Below, one piece after another: positions 28,395 to 41,507 of a DNA stretch of 64,000 bases. The notes below the pieces were generated by a model. It was not told the DNA's origin. It saw only the letters and a program-made list of their open reading frames with translations, and ran no database searches. Position 1 is the stretch's first letter. Every line of letters begins with the position of its first letter. Source of the DNA: Octopus vulgaris (Eukaryota). The stretch lies in the NCBI GenBank assembly GCA_951406725.2, contig OX597828.1, positions 17,794,001 to 17,858,000 of the forward strand, written 5' to 3'. The position numbers and the translations under genes are program-made.

Positions 28395-28440
<46 letters not shown>

Positions 28441-28634
28441 AATAAAGTTCACAGTTTAGGTGTAGCCCTGTAAAGAAAAACCTACAAAAAAGACCAAGGT
28501 CACCTCAGACAGTTCGAAAATGAACACATGAGTAAGTCGCCTTACCTCTCGTTGTCTCTTTTGGTCACAGATTTACGCTTAAATTAGTGTCGTCTTTCAT
28601 ACTGACCATTTTTGCCACTTTTACCCACTTTTTA

Positions 28635-31386
28635 TTAAAACATTCGTTCGACAAAGCCTTCCTCTCTACTCTCATCCCCCTTTTCAAGTGGTACTTGAAA
28701 AAAGTTGACGAGAGGAAGGTTTGTTTGCAGTCCTTTCAAACGCGTCCACCACACACATTCTTTCGCCATAGCCATCAGCGTAACGAAAACCGTTTTCCGT
28801 TCCCGTTTAAAGGAAGGTGGTGGAACAATATTCACGATAGACTCGGCCGATAAGCGGGCCGGTCCTACACGCGACAACAGCTGTTCGACGAAGGTCCACA
28901 GCTCTGAAATATCTGGACACTGCACGAGTGCGTGCAGAACGGTTTCGTCGCTCTGACCGCATCTCGGGCAGGTCGGTCTGGTGATGGTTTTCGAACCGTG
29001 CCTGTAGCTCTTCTCACGAACAGGTAGTGCGTCTCGATAGCATTGCCAAGCCAGGGTTTTCTGGAAGTTATCCATAGGCCCCGGCCCGAACGTCGTCCTG
29101 AACAGGCGGGTTAGGAATTTCTCGTCGACACCCAGGTTTGCTCCGAGTGTGTCATCGGACCTCCCCTCCACTAGTCCTCTATAGAACGCTTTAGTCGTTT
29201 GTAAGTTGCACAATTTTGACCCCGGTCGGCAGAGCTGCTGTAGAGCTTGGCGACACTCTCGGTGCCAATCGCCCAGTTTCGGTCTCTTCCTGATCCACGT
29301 TTGCAGTTCGGTCAGTGAGACGAGCTGCGGGAAGGCGCGCCTCACAAACGGCGCCCACACCTGTTCACCGTCATCGATGAAGTTCCGGAGATGTCGCAGT
29401 CTCAGCGCATCATCAACCACGGCATGCCTAGTCCTCCATTCAACGGATATTGACAGCAAATGGATCTCCTCACCATTGGAACGCCACCCTTCCACAGGAA
29501 GCGGAAGAGTATGAGTTCCAGTTTGGTGATGGTGGCGTCGGGACAAGGCACGACGGTCAGGCGGTAATCGATGACGGATGCGATGTACACGTTCGCCACC
29601 TCCTCCCGACCTTTTAGAGACAGCTTTCTCTCGGCCTATGTTTGGCTGAGAGCGACCACTCTACTCGTGATCTCGTCCCAGTTCTTATCCATTTGGAGGT
29701 CCGGACTGAACCAGACCCCGTGCAAATAACACCGGTCCGTCCGTCCAGCGTCCCACTACTGAGCTGCAGTCGGACGGCATGGGCTTGCTTCTCCAGGTGC
29801 CGAGTAGCAAACCCACTGACTTTTCCGGGTTAAACTTCGCTCCCGTCACCGTTTCGTATTTTCTTAGTGTCTCGCCTATCATCTGGATGTGTTTTTCGCT
29901 CGACACTATGACGGTGACATCGTCCGCATATGCCGGCACTCTCGTCCCGCAACCCAGTTCCCGTGGGATGCCCCTCAGTGTCGCAGTAGCGGCTCGAGAG
30001 TCAATACATACAGAAGCGCCGACAGGGGACACCCCTGACGGACCGAACGCGTGATGTCAAACGGTTTCGACAGGTGGCCGTTCACTCGAATCACCGATCG
30101 GATGCCGCTATACAAGGCAGCGATCCAACCGCGGAAGACGGGACCGAAGCTAGCCGCCCTGAGGACGGCCGCCAAGTACCGATGGTCGACCCTATCGAAG
30201 GCTTTAGACTTATCTAAATTTATCAGCGCCCCACCCATGCCAGGATCCTTAACTACCCTGTCCACAATGTAGCGCATCAGATGGAGGTTGTCATGTATGG
30301 TTCTGCCCGGCACGGCGCATGTTTGCACCCTGTCAACCAGTTTACCAATGACAAGCGCCAACCTCTCGGCTATTATTTTGGCCAAAATTTTCAAATCTGC
30401 GTTGAGCAGAGTGATGGGCCTGAATTTATCTATAAAATTCCCCTTGTTTAGGTCTTTCTTCAGCAACGTCACTGCACCCCGGCTCACGAAACCGGGGATT
30501 CTCCCGTTTTGTTGCCAGTTGCAGTAGACTAATGCCAAGAGGTCGCCAAACAAGTCTGGCATTTGACAATACAGTTCGTAGGGTAAACCATCCAATCCAG
30601 GCGACTTATCCTTCGGGCAGCCCGCCATCGCATCCCGCACGTCAGCAGCTGTGATGGGGCTTTCACAACACTCCGCTTCTCTTGCCGAAAGCCGCGGCAG
30701 GTCGATCAGGTAGGCACTGAAATCCATCCCGCGTTCCGACCCACCACTCGCACCAATCAGTCGAGCAAAGTGCTGTTGAAAGGCCTCACACATCCTTTCG
30801 TGTTCGAGTAAACTGCATCCCTGTTGATATATTAGAGACCGAATGGTGGCTCTGTTGCCACGCTGCGCCTCCGCTACTCGGGCCTATCGCGCAGCTTCGA
30901 TCCCTTCGTTCCTTAAGGCACGCATTTTAGCTCTGACGACGCAACCCTCGTGCTTGGCGTTGAGGTGTTGGTCGAGGGCCATCCTCGCAGCCAGCACGCT
31001 GGTTGCGCTGCCAGTGGTTTCTTAACCAGGTCTCCCTCTACTCTATTTCGATCTATCGCTAATTCCTTGCTAAACCTAATTGATTCCGATTTTATTGCCA
31101 TTTTCAGGGCGAACCACCAGCGGTTAACGACGGCTCCCGTCAGCGCCCTCTTAATTAACTCGCTAATCCGGTTCCTGTAAACCTGTCGCGCTTAGAGCGA
31201 TGTGTTCAGTTTCCAGTAACCGGGACCCTGTCTATGTGTCTTATCTAAGTCGAGCGTACACATCACAAATGTGTGATCTGTGTAGCTGATTATTTTAAAT
31301 TGTGGACATCCTACACTATCCCTATCCGCTGTCCTGCATAGAATTCTATCTAGATAAGATCTCGACGATCCGGCGCGGTTTGTCCA
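28635..31386 (-). pseudogene. Tx1-like ORF2 (endonuclease/reverse transcriptase) pseudogene in several frames
   Basis: Part of ORF 31192..31644 (up to ~31386) plus ORFs 29975..30793, 29685..30032, 29402..29599 and 28635..29546 are consecutive, frameshifted parts of one non-LTR pol. Confidence 0.9.
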
Positions 31387-31905
31387 AGACAAATAGATAG
31401 ATAGATACATAGATAGACACAAAGACAGATGGATGGATGGATGGATGGATGGATAGATCGACGGGTGGATGAATAGTTTGTTCGATGGATCGATAGGTGA
31501 ATGGAAGAACAGATTGATAGGTTGATAGAAATTGATAAATTGAAAGATGTATTGAACGATGCATACATGCATACAGATATATATACAATTATACATGCAC
31601 ACGTTGATGCATTCGTATTTGCATAAATGTCCACATATATACATGTATACATCTAATTTTGTTAGTGTTCCAGAAATAAAAGCGTCAATGTAAAGAGATA
31701 AGATAAATACAATCAGTAGTAAGGTTGATGGCTTTGTTATTCATGAAGCTAGATTCAGCTACAAGTAAATATACTTCGTGGAAGAGTTTAAATGATGTAG
31801 AAACATGTATACACACATATATATATGCATACAACCATGCATATATATATATATATATGCATACATGTTCATATATACTCATATATAGATACATACATAC
31901 ACATA

Positions 31906-31981
<76 letters not shown>

Positions 31982-32728
31982 ATATATATATATATATATA
32001 TCTACATATACATATATATATATAATATAAATAATACATACATATATGCATATATACATACAAATATGTACATACCTACATATATATGTATATATACATG
32101 CATATATGGGTACATGACATCAAAAAACGTTGAACACAATGAAAAACGAAAACATTAAAAAACGTACAAAAGAAAATTTGTTCGAACAACGAAAAAAACA
32201 GAGAAACGAGACATGCAATATATAGAATATTCCCCTTCTTCAGTTGTCTCTCTTTCATCTACTCCGCGTTACCGTGGCAAGGACAATACTCGATTTCGTT
32301 GAAACAGTCCTTCCCGCAAAGCAAATTAAATAAAATTGGGGAATTTTTTGCGGAGGTTGAAATTGGTAACAAGAACAGGACAGTGAGAACAAGACAGTGA
32401 GCCAAGGCGATAGAAAAAATTGTTAAGAACGTTAGGGAGACGAGCTTATGGGAGGAGACAGAATAAGCACGTGTTGTCTTTAGGAAGGTAATGGGCAGAA
32501 AGATAGATTCTCTTTCGTCACGTGTCAGCGGCGAGGAGGAGGAGTTAGAAAGAGGGAACGGTGAAGAGGAGAGGAGAAGAATAGGGAAGGGTGGCTGAGA
32601 AAACCAGAAAGAATGAAGAACAAGAGAGGGAGAGAGATAGACAGAGAAGAGATAGGAGGCAGAAGGGTGCACATCGTAATTATTACGATAAAACTTACTT
32701 GGAAAAGGATGCGTGGCGTTCAAACACA

Positions 32729-32837
<109 letters not shown>

Positions 32838-32842
32838 GAAGG

Positions 32843-32893
32843 AGCTTCTACAGGACTAGAACTGTTTCATTCAAGAGAAATCTTCAGGAAGCT
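32843..32893 (-). ncRNA. Minimal hammerhead ribozyme motif
   Basis: AGCTTC-CTGAAGA...GAAA-CAG TTCTAGTC CTG-TA-GAAGCT. Confidence 0.7.
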
Positions 32894-32939
32894 CCTGAAG
32901 ATTTCTCTTGAATGAAACAGTTCTAGTCCTGTAGAAGTT
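32890..32939 (+). ncRNA. Minimal hammerhead ribozyme motif (weakened stem I)
   Basis: CTGAAGA at 32895-32901, GAAA at 32914-32917, GUA site; stem I imperfect. Confidence 0.6.
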
Positions 32940-33048
32940 CCTTCTATATAATAAATTAATTTTACTCTACTATGTATTGAGTACCTTATTTACTGTGGTT
33001 AACCCCGAATCAACCCGGGACCTACATATACATATATATATATATATA

Positions 33049-33437
33049 CTAGCAGTATCGCCCGGCGTTGCTCAGGTTTGTAAGGGAAATAACTATAAAG
33101 CATTTTTAGAGAGTTATAGTCAAAAAATAGCAAAAAAAATGGAAAAAAAATTATGGTAAATTTTTTTTTGAGATTTAAAAAAAGGTTGAGTTGCGTCCCC
33201 TAGACAGTCTGTGGTTTGTTTTTTTTGATTCTCGACCCCATGTCGAATTTATCGATTTTTTTCAGAACTGGGGGAACTTTTCAAAATTTTCGCTGCGTTA
33301 GTTTTGAATTATGACATTGGGCTATGTGTGTGTCAAGTTTCATCAGAATCGGTTGAAAGCCGTGGTCAGAGTGAGGGTACAAGCAAACAGATACACAGAA
33401 ACACGCACAGACAAACTGCCGTTTATATAGAGAGAGA
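33049..33437 (-). mobile_element. Non-autonomous Helitron (Lep1/HINE-like)
   Basis: Minus strand starts TC after A, ends CTAG before T, with subterminal hairpin CCTGAGCAACGCCGGG; typical aagtttcatcagaatcgg block. Confidence 0.75.
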
Positions 33438-33462
33438 TATATACATATACATATATATATAT

Positions 33463-33533
<71 letters not shown>

Positions 33534-33556
33534 TATATGTTTGTGTGTGTATGTAC

Positions 33557-33587
<31 letters not shown>

Positions 33588-33645
33588 TATATGTATATAT
33601 ATATATATACATATATATATATACATATATATATGTTTGTGTGTG

Positions 33646-33681
<36 letters not shown>

Positions 33682-34120
33682 CATACACATACCCATAGGT
33701 GAAATACAGAGAAAGTCTCAAAGTGGGGAAGAGTCAGAGAGGGGAAGAGAGAGAGAGTAAAAGAGAGAGAGAGAGTAACAGCAACACAGTGAAAGATCAA
33801 GGTCGGCTCCATTTGAAACCTAATAATCTATAAATACATTATCTAATAATTTTTTTCTAATTCTATAGCTTATAATTTCAAGGATAATTAATAACTTGCT
33901 TCTTCGGCAATTGGAAAGGGTCTCTCATGGGGCCATTCAGAAAAGAATAAACCATGTATTAGAGTGTAAAACTAAACCATTTTAAAGAGGGTCTAGCATG
34001 TGTGTGGTTCCAATAGAACTCAAATTTCTAATTCATTTACATATGCATGTATCTGTATATGTATATATGTATGTGTGTATCTACACGCACACACACACAC
34101 ACAAACATATATATATATAT

Positions 34121-35030
34121 ATACTTTGATACTTTGATACTTTGATAGGTTTCGGCCATTATTGGCCCAGGCCATGTCTAACTTAATAGCACCACCTGGT
34201 GAAGTCTTTCAAGTCAGAATTTGGGCACTATGGCCCACTCAAGTAGAGAGTTATTGTTTACAGAGACGTATCCAGGTGTAGGGGGTTTATCCGGGATTTC
34301 TTGAAGGAATCTGTCCAAAGACTTCTTGAACCCTATAGGGTCAGTTTCTGTTTTAATGTGTTTTGGTGTAATGTTAAAGAGAGCGGGGCCAATTGAGGTG
34401 AAATAATTGTGCCGTATTGTTGTTATGAGATGAGAGTGCGATTTTTGTTTTGGGCGGATGGCACGGGGCCCAAGCCTTGGATGTACCTTAAAGGTGATGC
34501 CAACATCATTTGGGCAATGCTGATGGAATATTTTCCACATCATGCAGATGATGTAGCGCTCACGACGACGTTGGAGAGAATAGAGTTTTAGCTTTTCTAG
34601 CCGACCCCAATAGTCGAGGCCTGTCATGCCATCTATCTTTTTTGTGATTGCCCTTTGAGGTGCTTCAACTTTTATGATACCTTGTATTGTGTGGGGAGAC
34701 CACAGTGGACAACAGTATTCAAGGTGGGGTCGGGCAAAAGTGGAGAAGAGAAGGATAATGGTGTGGATATCTCTCGACTGGAAAGTTCTGAGAATCCAGG
34801 AACACATTCTGCGGGCCATGTCAACTTTGATGTTTATATGAGTGGCCCAGCTTACGTTGTTGTCCACAATTACTCCCAAGTCTCTGATGTTGTTGGACGC
34901 CGCGAGAGTTTCACCTGAAGGAAGGGAGTATGGGAGTTTCAGGGCATCCTCTTTTCCAAAGTGGATTAGCTCAAATTTATCCTCGTTCAGCAGCATATTG
35001 TTTTTTTCTGCCCATTGGATAACAGCCAGT

Positions 35031-35031
<1 letters not shown>
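34121..35031 (-). mobile_element. 5'-truncated CR1-group LINE with (TATCAAAG)3 tail
   Basis: IRDLGVIVD, RPHLEYCCPLWSPH, QRAITKKI, LYSLQRRRERY; short 3' UTR with GGCCA-ATAA-TGGCC hairpin and 8-bp tandem tail. Confidence 0.92.
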
Positions 35032-35106
<75 letters not shown>

Positions 35107-35143
35107 ACATAAGTTATATGCCTATATAATATATATCTGTCTT

Positions 35144-35205
<62 letters not shown>

Positions 35206-35244
35206 CATGTATCCATCTATGTATCTATCTATCCATCTATCTAT

Positions 35245-35306
<62 letters not shown>

Positions 35307-35316
35307 GGGGAAAGAG

Positions 35317-35369
<53 letters not shown>

Positions 35370-35378
35370 CATATATAT

Positions 35379-35490
35379 ATCACCTGGCCGAGCAGGCTAT
35401 CAGATGCTGCTACACATCGCTGGTTACAATGCGCTTCACATTGTTTTAGCCTTTAAATGACGCCACCCCGCTGGCGAAGCGAGCAGGCCA
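35379..35490 (-). mobile_element. Second copy of the ~120-bp retroposon fragment in (TA)n
   Basis: Reverse-complement homology to 4861-4982. Confidence 0.7.
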
Positions 35491-35491
35491 A

Positions 35492-35554
<63 letters not shown>

Positions 35555-36271
35555 CGTGCGTATGTGTGTGTATACACACAGAGACACACGCAAATACAAA
35601 CATACACACGAACAGGATAGATTACGACATACACGAGTCTTTAATATTTAGTACCTACGCAAAGGCAGCTGGCTGGCAGAATTGTTACTAAGCCGGAGAG
35701 AATGTTTAGCGATGTTTCGTCCGTCTTTGACATGGTCAAAGTGATCATGTCAAAAATGCCACAGAAGTTTCTTTTCCAACTAGTGTAATTCTGTAATACC
35801 AGTAGAGTTGGTTATAAGACCAGAATTCCATTGGATTTAAAATTTAAGGTTATCACCTTCGATTGAATACCAACGGAGGACGCTTCTTTGAATCAGTTCA
35901 GTAAGTGATGGACCCTTTGCTGAAATTGCAGAGACTAGGTTGCATAATTGCATATAGAGTAACGTGCATTCGCAGCAGTCGAAACATATGTAGGTCAGTG
36001 TTATAAAAAAAAATGCTTTAATAAAAATGTTTTCAATGTGAATAAATCTCAACTCCCGTCTTCATTATCAATTACATACTCTACGGAATATTTGCAGTTT
36101 TGAGAGAACACAGACCTACTCAACGAGTGAAACTTAGCGGTGCCAGTTGTCTCTTTTAAGTTTTATGCAATTAGACCGTTGTGGATAGCCTGCATCTATA
36201 CCAATTTGAGAGATAATATGGTATCCAACTGAATAATTTATCTCGTTTATTATCTATATGTATATGTGTAA

Positions 36272-36323
<52 letters not shown>

Positions 36324-36384
36324 ACATATATATGTGTGTATATATACATATCTATCTATCTATATATCTATCTATCTATCTATA

Positions 36385-36493
<109 letters not shown>

Positions 36494-36732
36494 GTACGTA
36501 TGTATGTATGAATGTATGTATATAGCGTATGAGAGTATTGATGACAAGAAGACCCAAAGGTGTCAGGTAATGTCGTTTAAGTGCTATAGATAGACTATAG
36601 TTATGCTCCAGGTTAGATAATGATACGAAGTTCAACGTAGGTCGTGTATTAGCATGTATATATATAAAAATTAACAGAATGAGATTATAAAAATCCAAGC
36701 ATGAGAATAGTTTTCAGAATATTTATAAACAG

Positions 36733-36780
36733 GTCTTACAGCTGTTTCTGGGTTATTTTATATATCCCTTCATCAGAGAC
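36733..36780 (-). ncRNA. Minimal hammerhead ribozyme motif
   Basis: GTCT-CTGATGA-AGGGATATATAAAATAACCCA-GAAA-CAGCTG-TA-AGAC. Confidence 0.75.
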
Positions 36781-37055
36781 GGTGCGAGAAAATATTTAAG
36801 TAATAGTTTTTATTGAGAATATACGAATTACACAGTGAAGTGGAGGATTGAAAACAGATGTGAGATACGTAAGGATTTTGTATCTGCAGTTCCATTATTA
36901 AAGTAGAATGTTGTATATATAATTTTCTTGTACCTGTTTAAATAATGAAACTGCAGATACAATATCCTTACGTATCTCACGTCTGTTTTCAATCTTGCAC
37001 TGTATGCCATATCTTCACTATAGTAACTATAACTATAGTAACATTTTCTCGCACC

Positions 37056-37103
37056 GTCTCTGATGAAGGGATATATAAAATATCCTGGAAACAGCTGTAA
37101 GAC
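37056..37103 (+). ncRNA. Minimal hammerhead ribozyme motif
   Basis: GTCT-CTGATGA-A GGGATAT ATAAA ATATCCT G-GAAA-CAGCTG-TA-AGAC; palindromic ACAGCTGT in place of stem III. Confidence 0.8.
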
Positions 37104-37337
37104 CTTCTCTTTATAAATATTCTGAAAACTATTCTCAGCCTTGGACTTTTTATCTCATTCTGTTAATGTCTCTCTCTCTTTCTCTCTCTCTTCCCCCCTC
37201 TCTCTCTCTCTCTCTGTATATATATATATATACATAGAGAGGTAGATAAATAGATACATACACATGTACACACGCATGCATATACATTACGCGCACACAT
37301 GTATATATATATATATTTATATTTATATGTATATTTA

Positions 37338-37369
<32 letters not shown>

Positions 37370-37418
37370 CATGCATATATATATGCATATTTATATTTAT
37401 AAGTATTTATATTTATAA

Positions 37419-37462
<44 letters not shown>

Positions 37463-38517
37463 ATATATAGTATATAATATATGTGTGGTTATGTCTGTGC
37501 GTGTTAGTGCGCGAGTACCGGCTCCTCCTAACCGTTTACACTTTCAATAGTCTACATTAGTTATCTGATCTGACCAGTAGTTTAATGTCTTCCGTCTAGC
37601 AATAAAAGCAGTGACATAGAAAGTATTTCAAGCTATCTCGAAAAGTCGAATTGTCTGAAAGATATTTTAAACTTTAAATCTCACAGTAAGCGCAGTTTTC
37701 AGTGATATTTAAACGATACACTCAATCAAATTCGTGTCAAAGATACAACAACATATAATATTTAGAAGGCAATATAGAAAACTGAATATTGGTTTCCTCT
37801 AAGGAGTGCTTTTGGCGTACTTTGATATAGTTTCCCTCCCAACTGAATCTCCATAAAGATATGAATTTGATATAGGAGAATACACGAGGGGTTAGAGCGT
37901 ACTGGCGTACTTAAATATCTATCTGTAAAGAATTTCAGCCATTAATTTGAAACTAATATCAGTAAGATAATAACCCTTACAATATATCGTATGTTTGCGT
38001 GAGAGAAAATGACTGAGATAAAGAGAGCGGGTGATAGAGAGAGAGAAAGAGAAAGATGAGAGAAGGATGTACATGTATAGATGAGAAAAGAGAGGGAGAG
38101 ATAGTTAAAAAGCTGATGTTATCCAAAGATATGTATCGCTTGACATGTCAAGCCAGTATCCTTTTATAATTGAGTAAAGTAATTTATCTCGAGTAATATC
38201 TTTGGTGTTTAAACAGCAAAATAAATCTGACTGTCTTATTCTATAATCGAAAAACAAAATAAAATAGAATAAAATAAAAGCAGAATATAGAAGGAAAAGT
38301 TAAAAACTGGAAGAAAAAAAAAAGGAAAACATAAATAAAAAGCGAAACAGAAAATGAAACCTCCAAATGATGTCAACTGTCAAAATTGGACTTTTAAAGC
38401 AAGTTTCAAAGATTGCAATATTAAATACAGTGAATAGTGTAAATATTAATATAGTTGAGGAATTTCAAGTTTACTAATGTATGTCTCCCTCTCTGGACCT
38501 CTTTTACTCTCTCTCCG

Positions 38518-38559
<42 letters not shown>

Positions 38560-38626
38560 TTGCCCATTTCTCATATTCTGCCCCACACACTTTTCACAAA
38601 CACTTACACATACATCTATATGTCCA

Positions 38627-38668
<42 letters not shown>

Positions 38669-38882
38669 AAGTATATGTGTAGTAGAGGGTAAATAAGTGT
38701 TTGCGCAATTTATACATATGCGTGTGGCTCAGAGCGCCTGTCTATTCATATATTTACCAATACATGCAACTGAAGAACTATTATATATATATATATATAT
38801 AGATAGATATGTGTATGTATATATATATATATAGATATGTGTATGTATATATATATATATATATATAAATATATATACATAG

Positions 38883-38935
<53 letters not shown>

Positions 38936-39253
38936 TATAGATACGTACATACATGCATATATATAATATGTACGGCGTTGGTAAAGGAAAGAAATGAATG
39001 TACGGAGAGAATTTAATTTTCACATTTATTACACTACATTGCTTTTATTGCTCGGAGGTAATCTGGCTTTTAACAAGAAATGAACGCTAAATTAATTCGA
39101 TTAATACATATATATTAATATACACACATATACAAATATTAAATTCATATATATTTATATATCTGCATTAATTTTTCTGAAGACTTATATCCATTCAATT
39201 CATATATATATATATGACTTATATATATATATATATGACTTATATTCATTCAA

Positions 39254-39337
<84 letters not shown>

Positions 39338-39689
39338 CATATATCTTGGTTAGAATTGCAAAGGGAGAACTCAGGATGTCGCAGAGCCAAATCTGGAGGT
39401 TTATTTTACTTGTTGTTCAAATGTATTTCGATACGAAATTGGGGACGCTTTTGCAACCGCTATTTTTCATGTAGAGCCTGAGATAGGAAATTACACACTG
39501 AAGGACCTCGGATATACCAGTGATTTACCTTTGAAATATAACTGATAGCAAGTTGGTGGGAGCTTGCCTTGTATGTGTCTGCAGATGTAAGGTTTTATAC
39601 ATACATACAGTCACACAAACATGTATGCATATACACAGAGGCAGGTTGACAGAGAGACACACAGACATATATATTCTTTTATTCTTCTA

Positions 39690-40091
39690 TTCTTTTATTC
39701 TTTTATTCGTTTACTTGTTTCAGTCATATGACTGCGGCCATGATGGAGCACCGCCTATAGTCGAGCAAATTGTCTCCTGGACTTATTCTTTGTAAGCCTA
39801 GTACTTATTCTATCGTCCCTTTTGCCGAGCCCTCAAGTCATGGGAACGTAAACACACGAGCATCGGTTGTCTTGCGCTGTTGGGGTGACAAATACACACA
39901 AACATATATATACTCATACATATATGAATGACAGGCTTCTTACAGTTTCTATCAACCAAATCCACTCACAAGGCTTTTGTTGTCATGAGGCTCTAGCAGA
40001 AGTCACCTGTCCAACGTGCCACACAGTGGGGCTGAATCTGCAACCATGTGGTTTGTAAGCAAGCAACTTACCCCACAGCCACACTTGCGCC
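39690..40091 (-). mobile_element. SINE family A, full length
   Basis: Head through (GAATAAAA)-type tail homologous to other copies. Confidence 0.88.
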
Positions 40092-40092
40092 T

Positions 40093-40157
<65 letters not shown>

Positions 40158-40293
40158 CATAGCAATTTCTATGGATGGATACTTGTACACACACACACCA
40201 ACACACAGAAACATTTATATATCAAATCCACTCACAAACACTCACACATATATATGTATTTATATAGATATACAGGATACACACACAAACACA

Positions 40294-40329
<36 letters not shown>

Positions 40330-40870
40330 AATATATATATGCATGATTTACTTTCTCGTTAAGATATTTTCAAAGAAGTACTCCATCTGGTGAGAGGTAA
40401 ATATTAATTAATGCACACAGTATATAGTTATGAGCTACTTTATAGATACATACATTGAATATATTACCTAGGCATGTTTTAAAACACTCCTTGTATCTCC
40501 AAGTAACCCTCAGGCTCTGGTCACATGACCTTTCATAAATCAGGACAAGAGAACAAGAGAAATCACGAGAAAAGCTGAAATGAAGATGGGTCCCAAATGT
40601 GAAGCGGGGAAGTAAACGAAAACAGGAAAAAGAAAGGAGAAAAGAAAGAAAAAGAAAAATGAATTAGAGTTAAGGCCACTTCGACGGTATGTTAGTAATT
40701 TTAGATGGTGTAGGATCAACGGAAAGTGTCTAATCTGTGTTTTGGGGTAGTGTTCTCTAGTTCGCCGAAACTTGTCCATATGCTTGCTATTCTTGAAAAT
40801 TTCTAATATTGGTTTCATCAATACAGTGGTGTTTTTAGGTCTTAAGAATATATATATATATATATATATA

Positions 40871-41083
40871 TACATTCAACAATGGCCCTGATAGGCCATT
40901 CGACTCACTAGAAATAGCAGCCAAACTCAAACCGCTAAATAGTTGTAATTCTGAAACTGGAAGAGAAATAAAAAGATTTACCCTTCCAATTTCAGAATTA
41001 CAACTATTTAGCGGTTTGAGTTTGGCTGCTCTTTCTAGTGAGTCAAATGGCCTATCAGGGCCATTCCTATATTGTTGAATGTA
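40871..41083. repeat. ~210-bp palindromic hairpin element adjacent to (TA)n
   Basis: tacattcaacaat...ctggaag and cttccaat...attgttgaatgta arms are reverse complements. Confidence 0.85.
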
Positions 41084-41185
41084 TATTACATAGTCTTTGA
41101 CTAATTTTTCTTTCTCACTAGACCGCTGGTAGCGGAGAATTTTTTTCTAGAATTTTTTCTAGAATTGTTTTGCTACCCTGCTATT

Positions 41186-41291
<106 letters not shown>

Positions 41292-41381
41292 GTATCTATG
41301 TATGTATGTATATATATTCTTATATATATATATATATATATATATAAGAATATATATACATACATACATAGATACATATAC

Positions 41382-41431
<50 letters not shown>

Positions 41432-41458
41432 GTATCTATGTATGTATGTATATATATT

Positions 41459-41507
<49 letters not shown>

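Larger units (their letters stand above)
24971..28395. mobile_element. Non-coding fold-back element with ~645-bp inverted arms, probable Penelope-like-element derivative
   Basis: 25050-25695 is the reverse complement of 27734-28395; each arm carries a minimal hammerhead motif; flanked by (TA)n. Confidence 0.75.
24792..31386 (-). mobile_element. 5'-truncated Tx1/L1-clade LINE (APE C-term, RT, CCHC zinc finger), frameshifted, interrupted in its 3' UTR by a nested fold-back element
   Basis: Motifs SYLDRI, TDH, GPGYWKLN, SPGLDGLPYE, FRPITLLNADLKI, KAFDRVDH, VRQGCPLS, AYADDV, CPRC..ETVLHALVQC; 17-bp TSD agacaaatagatagata at 24775-24791 and 31387-31403. Confidence 0.9.
36670..37167. mobile_element. 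~500-bp fold-back element with a hammerhead in each arm (second Penelope-like family)
   Basis: Outer arms ~36670-36797 / 37041-37167 and inner arms ~36832-36900 / 36940-37003 are reverse complements. Confidence 0.75.

Noticed and set aside
32200-32250. Hammerhead at minus-strand CTGAAGA
   Set aside because: No GAAA/stem III arrangement downstream
40540-40850. 111-aa minus-strand ORF as a real protein fragment
   Set aside because: Starts in (TA)n, ends in low complexity, no recognisable motif
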